Source: Calditrichia bacterium (lineage in GTDB: Bacteria > Calditrichota > Calditrichia > JAJRVZ01). From it: a DNA stretch of 64,000 bases. This document shows positions 21,375 to 31,060 of the stretch, piece by piece (the stretch's first letter is position 1; the number at the start of each line of letters is the position of its first letter). Location of the stretch: contig CAWCNS010000005.1 in NCBI GenBank assembly GCA_963796965.1, positions 704,001 to 768,000 of the forward strand, in the 5' to 3' direction. The notes beneath the pieces are model-generated. The model worked only from the letters and a program-made list of their open reading frames with translations. It did no database searches and was not told the origin of the DNA. The position numbers and the translations under genes were made by a program.

Positions 21375-21587
21375 CTATTGATTGAGCATATAAGACTTAC
21401 CCACCGGATAAGGAAGAACATAGGGAGATGTATTTTTATTCGGGAAAACAATTTCATCACATCGGTAGTTACAACCGCAGTGAAGGGTAAGCATACAGAG
21501 TATGTTGATAACAATAATATTATTTATAGTCATTTTCATTTTTATATAACTTTTATAGCAATTCAACCTGGACCGGTTACTTTTCAA
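21375..21587 (-). pseudogene. N-terminal fragment of an exported protein (M23-peptidase-like start), cut at the cassette boundary
   Basis: Signal-like stretch, then SPYVLPYPVGKSY; its TAG shares the G of the GTTAGAA cassette start. Confidence 0.5.
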
Positions 21588-21871
21588 ATACAGTAAAGAA
21601 CAGTCATCTATCTCATGGCTATCAGGCCAATTTAATCAATAACGATCAAAGAACAATGATCACTCCAATATCTCATATCTCGCATTTCGAATTCCATATC
21701 TCCGATCAGGTTTCCTTCGTAACAGTTATCACATCCCCCTAACCCCCTTCAAAGGGGGAACAGATCGTTCTTTCCCATATCTCATATCCGGTATCTCAAA
21801 TCCCCAATTCCGAATGCCAAATCTAAATTTTTCTTGCCGCTGCGCTCGCTGCGTCTTTGCGTGAAAAAAAA

Positions 21872-24800
21872 CTACCGCAGCTCAATCGACTCTACTACGA
21901 ATCCATTATCTGAAAGCGGTTGCAGATTAGGTCCGTGAATTACATGGGTACGCGTCTCGAAGAGGAGATGTGTGAGTCGCAACGGATATTCAGGAATGAT
22001 ATCGTTTTTTTCCCGCTGCCATGGCCTATAGCCGTGATATCCGGACTGGCTGCCGGACGGAGCCTTGGGCAGCTTCGTTTCCAGATAGATTTCTCCGTCT
22101 ACATCCACAGGCGTCTGAGAACGGGCAGATATCCATCGGTCACCGTTTTGATCCTCTAACACGTAGACCACCCGCCCCCAGGATCGATTTCCCCGGGCGC
22201 GCACACCAATACCCCTGGCAGATTCCGGTATTTGGAGCGGTTCGCCCCTATATTCTAACATCATACAAATGGTTTCAAGAGAATGGGTCTTACCCACTTT
22301 CGGCGGGCGTATTTTCAGATGGTTATTCTCAATGGACAAATCAAGTTGCCCCCAGGCAATGGGGGTAGCCGGATTGATAGATTCATATCCTTCCAGGGGC
22401 TCCGACAGTACAGCCCAATCATCTAACGATTCAAATTGTATCAGAATTTGGTTGTTTTCAGGTCCGGGGATAGCATCTGAATCCACCAAGCTTAGAACTT
22501 TAATTTTTTCCGGTCCGACCAGGTATTGCGGCGATTCGGTGAGTTGAAAAGACAGCGTGCCATTTTCTACCCGTACGTCATCGCTGATGACTCTACCATC
22601 GCGATTGTAAACCGTCATTAATTGATCGCCAATTGGCTGCAGATTGAGACGCCTGGAACCATTAACCGTCCAGAAAGCATGTATAAATGTGTCGTCATTT
22701 TTTCGAAAGCGCAGGCCATACACATGGGGTGAAGGGAGATCTACCATTTGATCAAAACGGGCATTGTCGAGAATCCCAGTCATAGCAGCATAAGCAGGGT
22801 ACGCCTGGCGTGGGTTCATCTCCGGGGTGGCATGGCAGAGTCCCACCGGACCATAATGGCCATAATGATACCAACCGTCCGGATCAATCGGCTCTGCGCA
22901 CATTCCGAACCGCTCCACCCCCATGGCCAGGGCCAGCAAGTGTGAACGCACGTAATAGTCTGCCTGCTCCCTTTCTGTGATCCATATGGGCGAAGTGGGG
23001 CAATAAATCGCTTCGGTTAACCAGATGGGTTTGGTTTCGCAATCGTACAATTTGCGCAATTCACGTAGATAAAAAATACCGGAAAAGGGCGCGTACCACA
23101 TGGAGGGTTGATCCTCCGGAGCTGCCGTATACATATCGAAATCGAGACCAAGACCGTCAATATAGTCATGAGGAAATCCGGAACGGAGCATCACACTTGT
23201 AAATAAGGGGAATCCGTTTCCAAAAGAAATACGCTTCTCCGGCGCTTCTTGACGGGCACGGGCGGCCCAGATTTTGCCAAAATCCATATAAGTATCGATT
23301 TCTTTCTGACCTTCTATCTCCCACATATGTGCTTCTTGTCCACGTATTTCGGGTGGGCAGGTAGTGGTTGAATGTCCCTTGATTGAGGTTTCCCAAAACA
23401 GATTATAATAAGCCACCTGGGGATGTGCTTTAATCCAGGCAAACATTTTATCCGGATCGCCGGGACCTTGCAAGCCCGAACGGGCAACACCGGCCAGATG
23501 GCCCCAATTTGGTTTGATACCGTATTCGTTAAGGATCTTTGTACGGTGGGCATTCTCTTGCCATTTTTCCGGCCGCGTATCTAAGACAAAATTAGCCAGC
23601 GTTCCTTTTACCCCTGCCTTCTGCAACACCTCACAGGTAGTTCGGAAATCGGCACCATGATGGCCTTCAAAAAAGGACCACATCCCAAAAGGTGAATCCG
23701 GGTCTGTTCTAGGTAAATTTTGGCAGAATGGCAAAGGAGGTATGTCTTTCCATAACATGTTCTCGGCCCGAGACATTAATGACCGATAAGTGAACGCTAA
23801 AAGTACTTTTTCCTACAGGAACGTCATTCAGATCGACCGGGATTATTTTTTCGCCATAAGGCGGCAAACGAAACTTTAGATCTTCCCTGCGGATTTGGCC
23901 ATCGGGCTTTGTAATGCTGATCTTAATGGACCCTGTTTGTTCTTCTTTCGCGTTTGATTTAAGTTGAACTTTCATTATGGCAGTATCTCTGGTATCAAAA
24001 AGATGTCCGGCCACATCAGACATGACAACCATGTTAACCGGTGCTTCTTCCAGGGCCAAAGCAAGGATATGCAGGCTGCTGGGAGGACCGTCCGGGCGGA
24101 TAAAACTATTGTTATCCATAACCAGAGGCCGGGTTAACTCAAATTCTAGATATTCATTTGGCGGTTGGGTGAGGAATTCCTGCCATGCCGAGGGATTGAG
24201 ATCCACGGCGAGATGTACCACCTCATTTTCTCCAATTTTAAATATTTCCAGGATATGTGCATTTTCTTCAGATACCAGACCAAATTCCCGGTCAACAAAA
24301 CGGGCCCGCTCTGGTTTTATAAATCTAAATGCTGCCCGTGGAACTTCGCCCTCATCATTATCACTATAACAGAGTAGATGCAGGCGATCATAAAATCGCA
24401 GGGGTAGGCGAAATATGGCCCGTTTCGGATCTGAGGAAAAGGCATCACAATTAATATAGGGGAGACTTAACCGCTGAAACGGCCCTGGTTTCAGGTGTTC
24501 TTCCCTGTAAACGAGTTGTCCCAGGTCGAGATTCTGAGCCGTTCCTGCATATGATGCAAATAGGAACTTTGCCATACCATCTAATTCAATGGTTGCATCA
24601 GGTTGTAAGATTTTTTTTCCCTCATCGTTGAAATAATGTTCAAGTGGGATTATCTGTATATGATTTTGGTGCTCACCCTGTATCGAGACATCCCATTCTA
24701 AATTCCCATTTAGTACAATGCGGGGTACACCTTTTTCATTTACCTGCCATTCCCTTAGTAAACGATCGTCCAGCCAGAGCTGCCGAGAGGTCTGATGGCT

Positions 24801-25181
24801 AGTCACACGCAGATGGAGCAGGTGTTCCTTCCAACCAGGTATATCCTTAAACTCTCTGCTGTAAATCGCCTGCCCTTCTTTTAATAGTTGCCATTTTGAA
24901 ATGTCCGGCCAATAACGGTAGATCAGGGATTCTTCGCGCCCTGAAATTGAAATCCGGATTTGGCCCGGATCGGCCGAATCACCAATAAAGGTAAAGGTGC
25001 AGCCATCCACATCAAGGACAACTTTCTCTGCCGCTGCAGAAACTTTCGCAGACCAAGAGTGTAAATCTGGGCGGATTTCGGCTAAAGGTTTTTCAGTTGA
25101 TTCACCTATTGTATTAATAGGTAGACTTATCATCAGAATTGATAGGTAGGAAAACAGGGATTTAATTTTATTCATAGTCAT
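21872..25181 (-). CDS. Large secreted hypothetical protein with a clan GH-A (GH39-like) catalytic-type domain, frameshifted near 23719
   Basis: Removing one T in AAATTTACC joins HTSFAILPK to LPRTDPDSPFG; PIWLTE and EREQADYYVRSHLLALAMG motifs. Confidence 0.65.
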
Positions 25182-25361
25182 TAGTTTTTGTTTCGAATAC
25201 CGATAAATGAATAGTTATTTAATTTAATCTTTTGTCTTTTTTCTTTTTTCGTGTCTATATTCTTTGTGTCTTTGCGACTTTGCGAGAAGAGAAATATCCA
25301 TGTTAATAAGCTTGTTTGCGTTCTCTGCGAACTCTACGTTCTATAAAATCTACCCCCAAAA

Positions 25362-26072
25362 TCAGGGTTCACGAAGTTTGCATTTTCCCGAGGCAAATAC
25401 CTCCAGGTGTTCGGCACATTGATTCCGAACTTTCTGATGACGCTCATCGGACCCATCAACAGGTGTGCGGTAAGCACTTACGATTGTGTTCGCCCTCTCC
25501 CTGCTTAACAGCAAACTTAAATTCAACACCCCCTCATGATCCAGCTCATATACCCAGCCCATTAATCCAAACTCAGCCATGGATGCCTGATCATGAAGAG
25601 GAAAACTATCCCAGACAATCAATTCGGGTTGCCCATCGCTATCCTGATCTCCAATCCATGGCAGAGGTAATTCACTAAATGAGCGAAGGGTTCGCCAGCC
25701 AACCGTACTTGCCAGCAGGCAAAACCCGCGTTGCGGCCCGTTCTCTCCCGACGCGGCAATTCCAACGGTCACAGTCCAGAAACGACCACTCCCCCAGGGT
25801 CCATCTGCCGCTACAAATAATGTATGGGATTTCCCTGTCTGGACATCCCAAACGCTATCAGTCGCGGTAAGACAGGAATCAACCGCCAGATCTTCATCAA
25901 TCCACTGAAAGCCCCCGATGGGAAATTCTAATCTATGGTATGGAGGCTCTAACAGACAGAGGGTCTGCTCCTGACTAATGGAAGAACCAACAAAACACAA
26001 AACAAAAATTAAAACCAACACGTGTTGTTTTTTCAGAGGTCTATCCTTTATTAAACCCCGGTGAGACATCAT
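25362..26072 (-). CDS. Exported hypothetical protein
   Basis: 236-aa ORF with signal-like segment and one DxDxDG motif; 8 bp downstream of the lyase gene. Confidence 0.7.
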   Translation of the reverse strand: MMSHRGLIKDRPLKKQHVLVLIFVLCFVGSSISQEQTLCLLEPPYHRLEFPIGGFQWIDEDLAVDSCLTATDSVWDVQTGKSHTLFVAADGPWGSGRFWTVTVGIAASGENGPQRGFCLLASTVGWRTLRSFSELPLPWIGDQDSDGQPELIVWDSFPLHDQASMAEFGLMGWVYELDHEGVLNLSLLLSRERANTIVSAYRTPVDGSDERHQKVRNQCAEHLEVFASGKCKLREP

Positions 26073-26080
26073 TCCGTCTT

Positions 26081-27166
26081 CTAGTTATCCAGAGGTTGGC
26101 CATGGGTAAAGGTTAAAAATGGTGCAGAATGTCCTGCTGTTGCTGGTCGAAACTTATTTAATAGTGCTACAGCATCTTCATTTGGCCAGTGGGCGTTTAA
26201 AATTTCAAAATAGCTGATATAAGTTCTACCGGTCAATTTATTGGGATCACCCTCCCAATATGGAAATTCTTCCGGCCGGCGTGTCCAGCCGGCAATCGTT
26301 TTAAAGGCTTGCTTCAATGTATGCCCCCCGGGCGATACGAAATGGTATAAATCCTCCCCATTGACTCTGAGGATCTCAGCGGCAACTGTCTGAGGCATAA
26401 GTGAAAAATGCGTATACCAGATGCCCCTCATCCCGCCTGACCTATTGACTTCATGGGGCATATGTCCATCGTCAGCAATCTGGTTTTCAATAAAATACTG
26501 CCAGCGGTCTATACAGGTATTAAAGAGTTCGGCATCTTTTAAATAGACGGCACAGGCAGCAGATAAAACCAGCCCCCAATTCCCCCAATTATTTTCTCTA
26601 TCCATACAACTCATAGGTGATGCCTTATCACGCAGAAAACCAGCAAACATGTTTTCCTGATCCTTTGGCCAGATATCATCGTTCCTTAATAAGTCTGCGG
26701 CAAAAACGAATGCCGGAAAATGATAACTAAATGAAAGTGTCGAGTCGTCTTTCCGGCTCATTTGTTTTACCGTTTTCACCCATCCATTAATCAGGCGAAT
26801 GGCCGACCGGGCATATTTCTTTTGCGTCGTAATGCGATAGCATAATGCCTGGGCATAGGCGATATTGGCATCATCGCGCAATCCATTTTTAGCAGTCCTA
26901 TGACCTTCCGCATCATCGTAATATCCCGGAACATACCATTCTTTTTTTGCCGTCGGCCTACGATTAAGGCCCTGATCAGCAACCTTACGCATCGCCTCAA
27001 AGGCAGAGAAAGTTGGTTCTTTCTGCTCATTCACCGCGATTTTAAGATTATTTATCTTTTGATCTGAAATAAAAACAGATGAAAAAGGCTGAACCGTCTG
27101 TGCATACAATCCTGAAATCATCAGCAGGAAACTGATACATAGATATAACTTAAATTTAATCATCAC
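26081..27166 (-). CDS. Alginate-lyase-domain (alpha/alpha toroid) polysaccharide lyase
   Basis: Signal peptide; ENNWGNWG, QIADDGHMPHEVNR...GIWYTHFSL. Confidence 0.8.
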   Translation of the reverse strand: MMIKFKLYLCISFLLMISGLYAQTVQPFSSVFISDQKINNLKIAVNEQKEPTFSAFEAMRKVADQGLNRRPTAKKEWYVPGYYDDAEGHRTAKNGLRDDANIAYAQALCYRITTQKKYARSAIRLINGWVKTVKQMSRKDDSTLSFSYHFPAFVFAADLLRNDDIWPKDQENMFAGFLRDKASPMSCMDRENNWGNWGLVLSAACAVYLKDAELFNTCIDRWQYFIENQIADDGHMPHEVNRSGGMRGIWYTHFSLMPQTVAAEILRVNGEDLYHFVSPGGHTLKQAFKTIAGWTRRPEEFPYWEGDPNKLTGRTYISYFEILNAHWPNEDAVALLNKFRPATAGHSAPFLTFTHGQPLDN

Positions 27167-27454
27167 GATTTACCCTTATAAATATATAATCCGCATTGTT
27201 TACAAATAAAATATAAATACAAAGTACACAAAGTAAGATAAGAAATAAGACAAAAGAAAAAAGAAAAAGGATCAAATAGTTTCCTAAACAATTCTACCTG
27301 GCATAAATTTTTTTGAATAATCAATAAGCAAACTACGAACTGATCTATTGATCACTTTTCGTTATTTTTGTCTTTTGTCCTTTTTCTTTTATACTCTCTG
27401 CGTCTCCGCGTCTCTGCGAGAAAGAGATATTACATTCATTATAAATAAAGGTAT

Positions 27455-28156
27455 CTACTTTAATGGTAAAACATAAAAGTAAATAGATATAAAATGACAA
27501 AAGCTACCGAGCAAAACACATATATGGAAAATGGCGTGATTGAAGGGAATTTTTTTTATACCATATATAATAGCACCACTGGTATAAGCCACGCCACCTG
27601 CAAAAAGCCAAAGCAACCCATCTGAAGACAAATTATTTATTAAAGGTTTTATGGCAAAAACGATAACCCACCCCATGAAGATATACATCAAGATGGAAAT
27701 AATTTGAAATCTTCCCGTAAAAAACAACTTCAAGATTATCCCTATCAGGGCCAGACTCCAGACAACGCCAAAGATCACCCACCCTGTCCTGCCACCTAAA
27801 ACAAGAATCGTAAAGGGTGTATAAGTACCGGCAATAAGAATATAAATAAAAGCATGATCAAAAATTCTCAATCGAGTTCTTAATTCCGCTGCCTTGGCAT
27901 TATGGTAAAGAGTGGAAGCGGCATATAAAACTATCAAACTTATTCCAAAAATGCCAACACTTAGCAGATACCGAATATCCCCCTGCAAGTTGGCCCGCCC
28001 TACCAATAGCACCAGAGCGATAACACTCAGAATCAAACCACTAGCGTGAGAAATTATATTAACTTTCTCCTCGCGTGGCGGGTAATATTTTACATTGTTT
28101 ACATCATTCATAAAATTAATAGCGTTTACAGATCCATGCCCCCACATAGGCTTCAA
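27455..28156 (-). CDS. Hemolysin III / PAQR family membrane protein (true start may be about 48 nt downstream)
   Basis: EEKVNIISH, ASTLYH, DHAFIYILIAGTYTPF, HAIFHICVLLGSFCH. Confidence 0.93.
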   Translation of the reverse strand: MKPMWGHGSVNAINFMNDVNNVKYYPPREEKVNIISHASGLILSVIALVLLVGRANLQGDIRYLLSVGIFGISLIVLYAASTLYHNAKAAELRTRLRIFDHAFIYILIAGTYTPFTILVLGGRTGWVIFGVVWSLALIGIILKLFFTGRFQIISILMYIFMGWVIVFAIKPLINNLSSDGLLWLFAGGVAYTSGAIIYGIKKIPFNHAIFHICVLLGSFCHFISIYFYVLPLK

Positions 28157-28496
28157 GTAAACTCAATGGCGCCACAATCCATAACATGCCTGCAGGTAAC
28201 ATATTCACATTCCCTAACACAACCCACAACATCACAAATACAACAGACCATGAGAAAATGGTCGTCTGTAAAAGTGTAAATTTCCGGGAAAGAATAAATA
28301 TCGTCGTGGCAAACATAAATCCCCAGATCATCCATATGACACCTCTGACCGGTCCGGTGGGAAAAACAATTCCCAATTGTTGATAGTGTTCAATCCAATA
28401 AGATTCCGCCAGAAATATCCATCGTAGGGTCTCTGAAAAATTGATCCAGATCCCTGTAAAAAGAATGGGTAGAATTATTTTTTTAAGAGTATTCAT
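28116..28496 (-). CDS. Small four-TM hypothetical membrane protein
   Basis: 126 aa with four hydrophobic segments; AAGGGGTG upstream. Confidence 0.75.
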   Translation of the reverse strand: MNTLKKIILPILFTGIWINFSETLRWIFLAESYWIEHYQQLGIVFPTGPVRGVIWMIWGFMFATTIFILSRKFTLLQTTIFSWSVVFVMLWVVLGNVNMLPAGMLWIVAPLSLLEAYVGAWICKRY

Positions 28497-28534
28497 GATA
28501 CACCCCTTCTGATATCATGGTTTGTGTAAAAGAT

Positions 28535-28741
28535 AACCACAAAGAACACAAAGCAGGCACAAAGTTCACAAAGATATATTAGAATTATTACTCTCGCAGA
28601 GACGCAAAAAAATATTTTATAATTGTTTATCGTACTCAGCATTAATTATTTCATTTGAGCAAAATATATTGTTACCAAAAAAAATAAAAAAAATCAAAAT
28701 AAACTTTGTGTTCTTTGTGTCTTCTTTGTGTCCTTTGTGGT
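28535..28741. repeat. Inverted arms of 9-bp-like periodic repeats (ACACAAAG...CTTTGTGT); related copy at 37930..37993
   Basis: AACCACAAAGAACACAAAGCAGGCACAAAGTTCACAAAG ... CTTTGTGTTCTTTGTGTCTTCTTTGTGTCCTTTGTGGT. Confidence 0.8.
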
Positions 28742-28791
28742 AAAAAAAAATTTTGCTTAAATAATTGCCAATCCGATATTCCCTATTAATA

Positions 28792-30717
28792 TTACCTGAG
28801 CTGTCTATTCATGTTATAAAAATCAAGATACAATGATTTTTTATTATGGGTGATAGTAACTGTTTCTGGTTTTCTTTTCGCTTTGCAGTACTTTGAATCA
28901 TAGCGAGGATAATTAACATCTACATTAATCCCGTTCAGCCTAAAATCAGCACCATATTTCAGTTCATAGGATTTGCGCTTTGATACATAGATTAAAACTA
29001 ATGTATTTGGATCAAAAAGGACTTCATTTTGCATTATTCTTTGACAGAATCTATTAAACGATTGATCCTCAGATTCTGACCCTGCTTCAGTTATCCAAAA
29101 CACCTGCTTACCCTGTTGGATCAGATCATCGGTTGCATTCTCCCGGTAGGATAGCCGGTTTCTGCCAATAAGCGCGCAATAGGTTTTTCCTCTTTTCCCA
29201 AAGGCATAATTGTCCCGTACAAGAACTGAATCAAATTTTTCACTGGGAAAATAGGCATGGGTATAGGGCAGCAGATCCGCTTCCATCAATCCCTTATTAG
29301 CAGGAATATCATAAATGGCCAGAGAGACATTGCTATCTTGCACCGCATGGGGCAGATGTCCATAGCCAACCCAATAGTTGGGTGATTGTCTTTTTTTATC
29401 TTTTTCAATCGCCGGGTGATTATGAAAAATGCTGAAGGAATTACTAATATTCATACCGCTCACATGCTGTTGATCACCATAGGTCCCTGGATGATAGGCC
29501 TGCGTTGTATATAACGTATAATCCGCCGTTTTGTAGGTGTAGACATTTCCCCTTTGCATGGCCACCCCGTTGCTTTGCGGATCGATAAGACGGGTTAATA
29601 GGGGCTCCAAATGCAAAAGCCTGAACAAGGTAAAATCCAGTATTTGAAAATCGGTTAAAAACTCATTGGAGAACATCCGGTTTTTTCTTACAAACGCTAA
29701 AGAATTGCGTACAATATCCGGATTTGAAAAAGCACCCAGGCATAACTGCATCATCATTGATCTCTCATCCTCACCGTAATAGCCCTCGGTCCATAATTCC
29801 GGGATATCAAGACCATGGCTCTGCCTGATGACAACCCTGCTGGTATCCTTCCCGATATCTTTCAGCACATCAGGGAGAATGTATTTTTTCGTTGTCATCA
29901 TTCCGTACATCATCTGTGCTTTAATTTTTTTGCCGTTACCCCAGTAATAATTAGTCACTCCCCCTAAATTTAAGCCAGAACCACCCACCCGGTTTCCATA
30001 ATAAGCGCGGTTACTGGCAGAGACAAACATCGTCTTGATATTCTGCACGGCCACATCATAAAAAAGAAGATCCATAATAATCATAGATTTTTTGACTAAT
30101 TTCTCATCTTCCGCCAGATCAATCAGATTGATCAAAGCAGCCACATCCTCTTTGTAATAAACCCCGGAATTAAATTCAGAAAATCCAAATTTCCAACGCA
30201 TTTCCAGCCAATCCAGCGCTCGTTTTCTGGCCCTATCCCGATGTTGCCCACCTGTGAGACCGCTATTATGAAATACCACATCCGGATATTTTTGGCCGAT
30301 CAGATATTCAGCTGAGGCAAAGAGGATTTGATGGTTTTCCGTCCAGTAGCACATGGAATTTTCACCCGGATCACCCCACCAATAACGGAAATCAAAAAGC
30401 ACCTTTTCTATTTTGGCCATCGCGCTATCCGGGATATGATCTTCAAACTCATAAATAATCCGAATCAGGTTGACCAGACGAAAGTCGGAACAATCGTATT
30501 CTGATCTTATATAAGATAATGTTCCATTCAGGCGATTCCAGTCAATATTCTGGCTTCCATTGATTAATTCGTGATAGATGTTATCCTGCTGAAGATCAAT
30601 CTGACTGTCCGGCCGGCGGGGAAAGGAATGATAAGAGGCGATCCTAATAAAATCGATGATTACCGTACTGATAATGATCAGAATAAATAATGCTACGATG
30701 TATTTAATTTTTAACAT
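28792..30717 (-). CDS. Membrane-anchored hypothetical protein, possibly heparinase/lyase-like fold
   Basis: 641-aa ORF with N-terminal TM; WTENHQILFAS and GFSEFNSGVY motifs; the fold assignment is a guess. Confidence 0.7.
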   Translation of the reverse strand: MLKIKYIVALFILIIISTVIIDFIRIASYHSFPRRPDSQIDLQQDNIYHELINGSQNIDWNRLNGTLSYIRSEYDCSDFRLVNLIRIIYEFEDHIPDSAMAKIEKVLFDFRYWWGDPGENSMCYWTENHQILFASAEYLIGQKYPDVVFHNSGLTGGQHRDRARKRALDWLEMRWKFGFSEFNSGVYYKEDVAALINLIDLAEDEKLVKKSMIIMDLLFYDVAVQNIKTMFVSASNRAYYGNRVGGSGLNLGGVTNYYWGNGKKIKAQMMYGMMTTKKYILPDVLKDIGKDTSRVVIRQSHGLDIPELWTEGYYGEDERSMMMQLCLGAFSNPDIVRNSLAFVRKNRMFSNEFLTDFQILDFTLFRLLHLEPLLTRLIDPQSNGVAMQRGNVYTYKTADYTLYTTQAYHPGTYGDQQHVSGMNISNSFSIFHNHPAIEKDKKRQSPNYWVGYGHLPHAVQDSNVSLAIYDIPANKGLMEADLLPYTHAYFPSEKFDSVLVRDNYAFGKRGKTYCALIGRNRLSYRENATDDLIQQGKQVFWITEAGSESEDQSFNRFCQRIMQNEVLFDPNTLVLIYVSKRKSYELKYGADFRLNGINVDVNYPRYDSKYCKAKRKPETVTITHNKKSLYLDFYNMNRQLR

Positions 30718-30833
30718 TTTTATAATTGACTCCGGAATTCGTCTATTAAGCCAAGTATAACCATTATTGGTACTGTTGTGATTTAATATAATTTTACGGA
30801 ATAGATTATCTGCTTGGGTTCAAGCAAAATCTA

Positions 30834-30896
30834 ATTCCCCCTTTGAAGGGGGGTAGTCCCGTAGAACGGGATTAATCCCCCTTTCAAAGGGGGAGA
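30834..30896. repeat. CCCCCTTTGAAGGGGG palindromic element pair with a nested small hairpin; relatives at about 21735..21760 and 52651..52683
   Basis: ATTCCCCCTTTGAAGGGGGG-tagTCCCGTagaACGGGA-ttaaTCCCCCTTTCAAAGGGGGA. Confidence 0.75.
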
Positions 30897-31060
30897 CCGG
30901 TCCTTGCTTCACTAAAGATTGTGCAATTTAACAGATACTGCAACAGCCCCAGGAAAGTGGGAGACAGATTTTGCCAATATGATAAATCGTAATACTAAAT
31001 CAATCCATCACAACACCTATTTCTGGATTTTCTATTTGTATTATTATTTCCCAGTCATAG

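Noticed and set aside
27455..28156. Virulence hemolysin
   Set aside because: Hemolysin III/PAQR proteins are widespread membrane proteins. The superfamily includes alkaline ceramidases, but nothing here supports it being the missing ceramidase, and it lies 20 kb from the lipid block.
28535..28741. CRISPR array
   Set aside because: Short inverted periodic repeats without unique spacers; no cas genes in the window.
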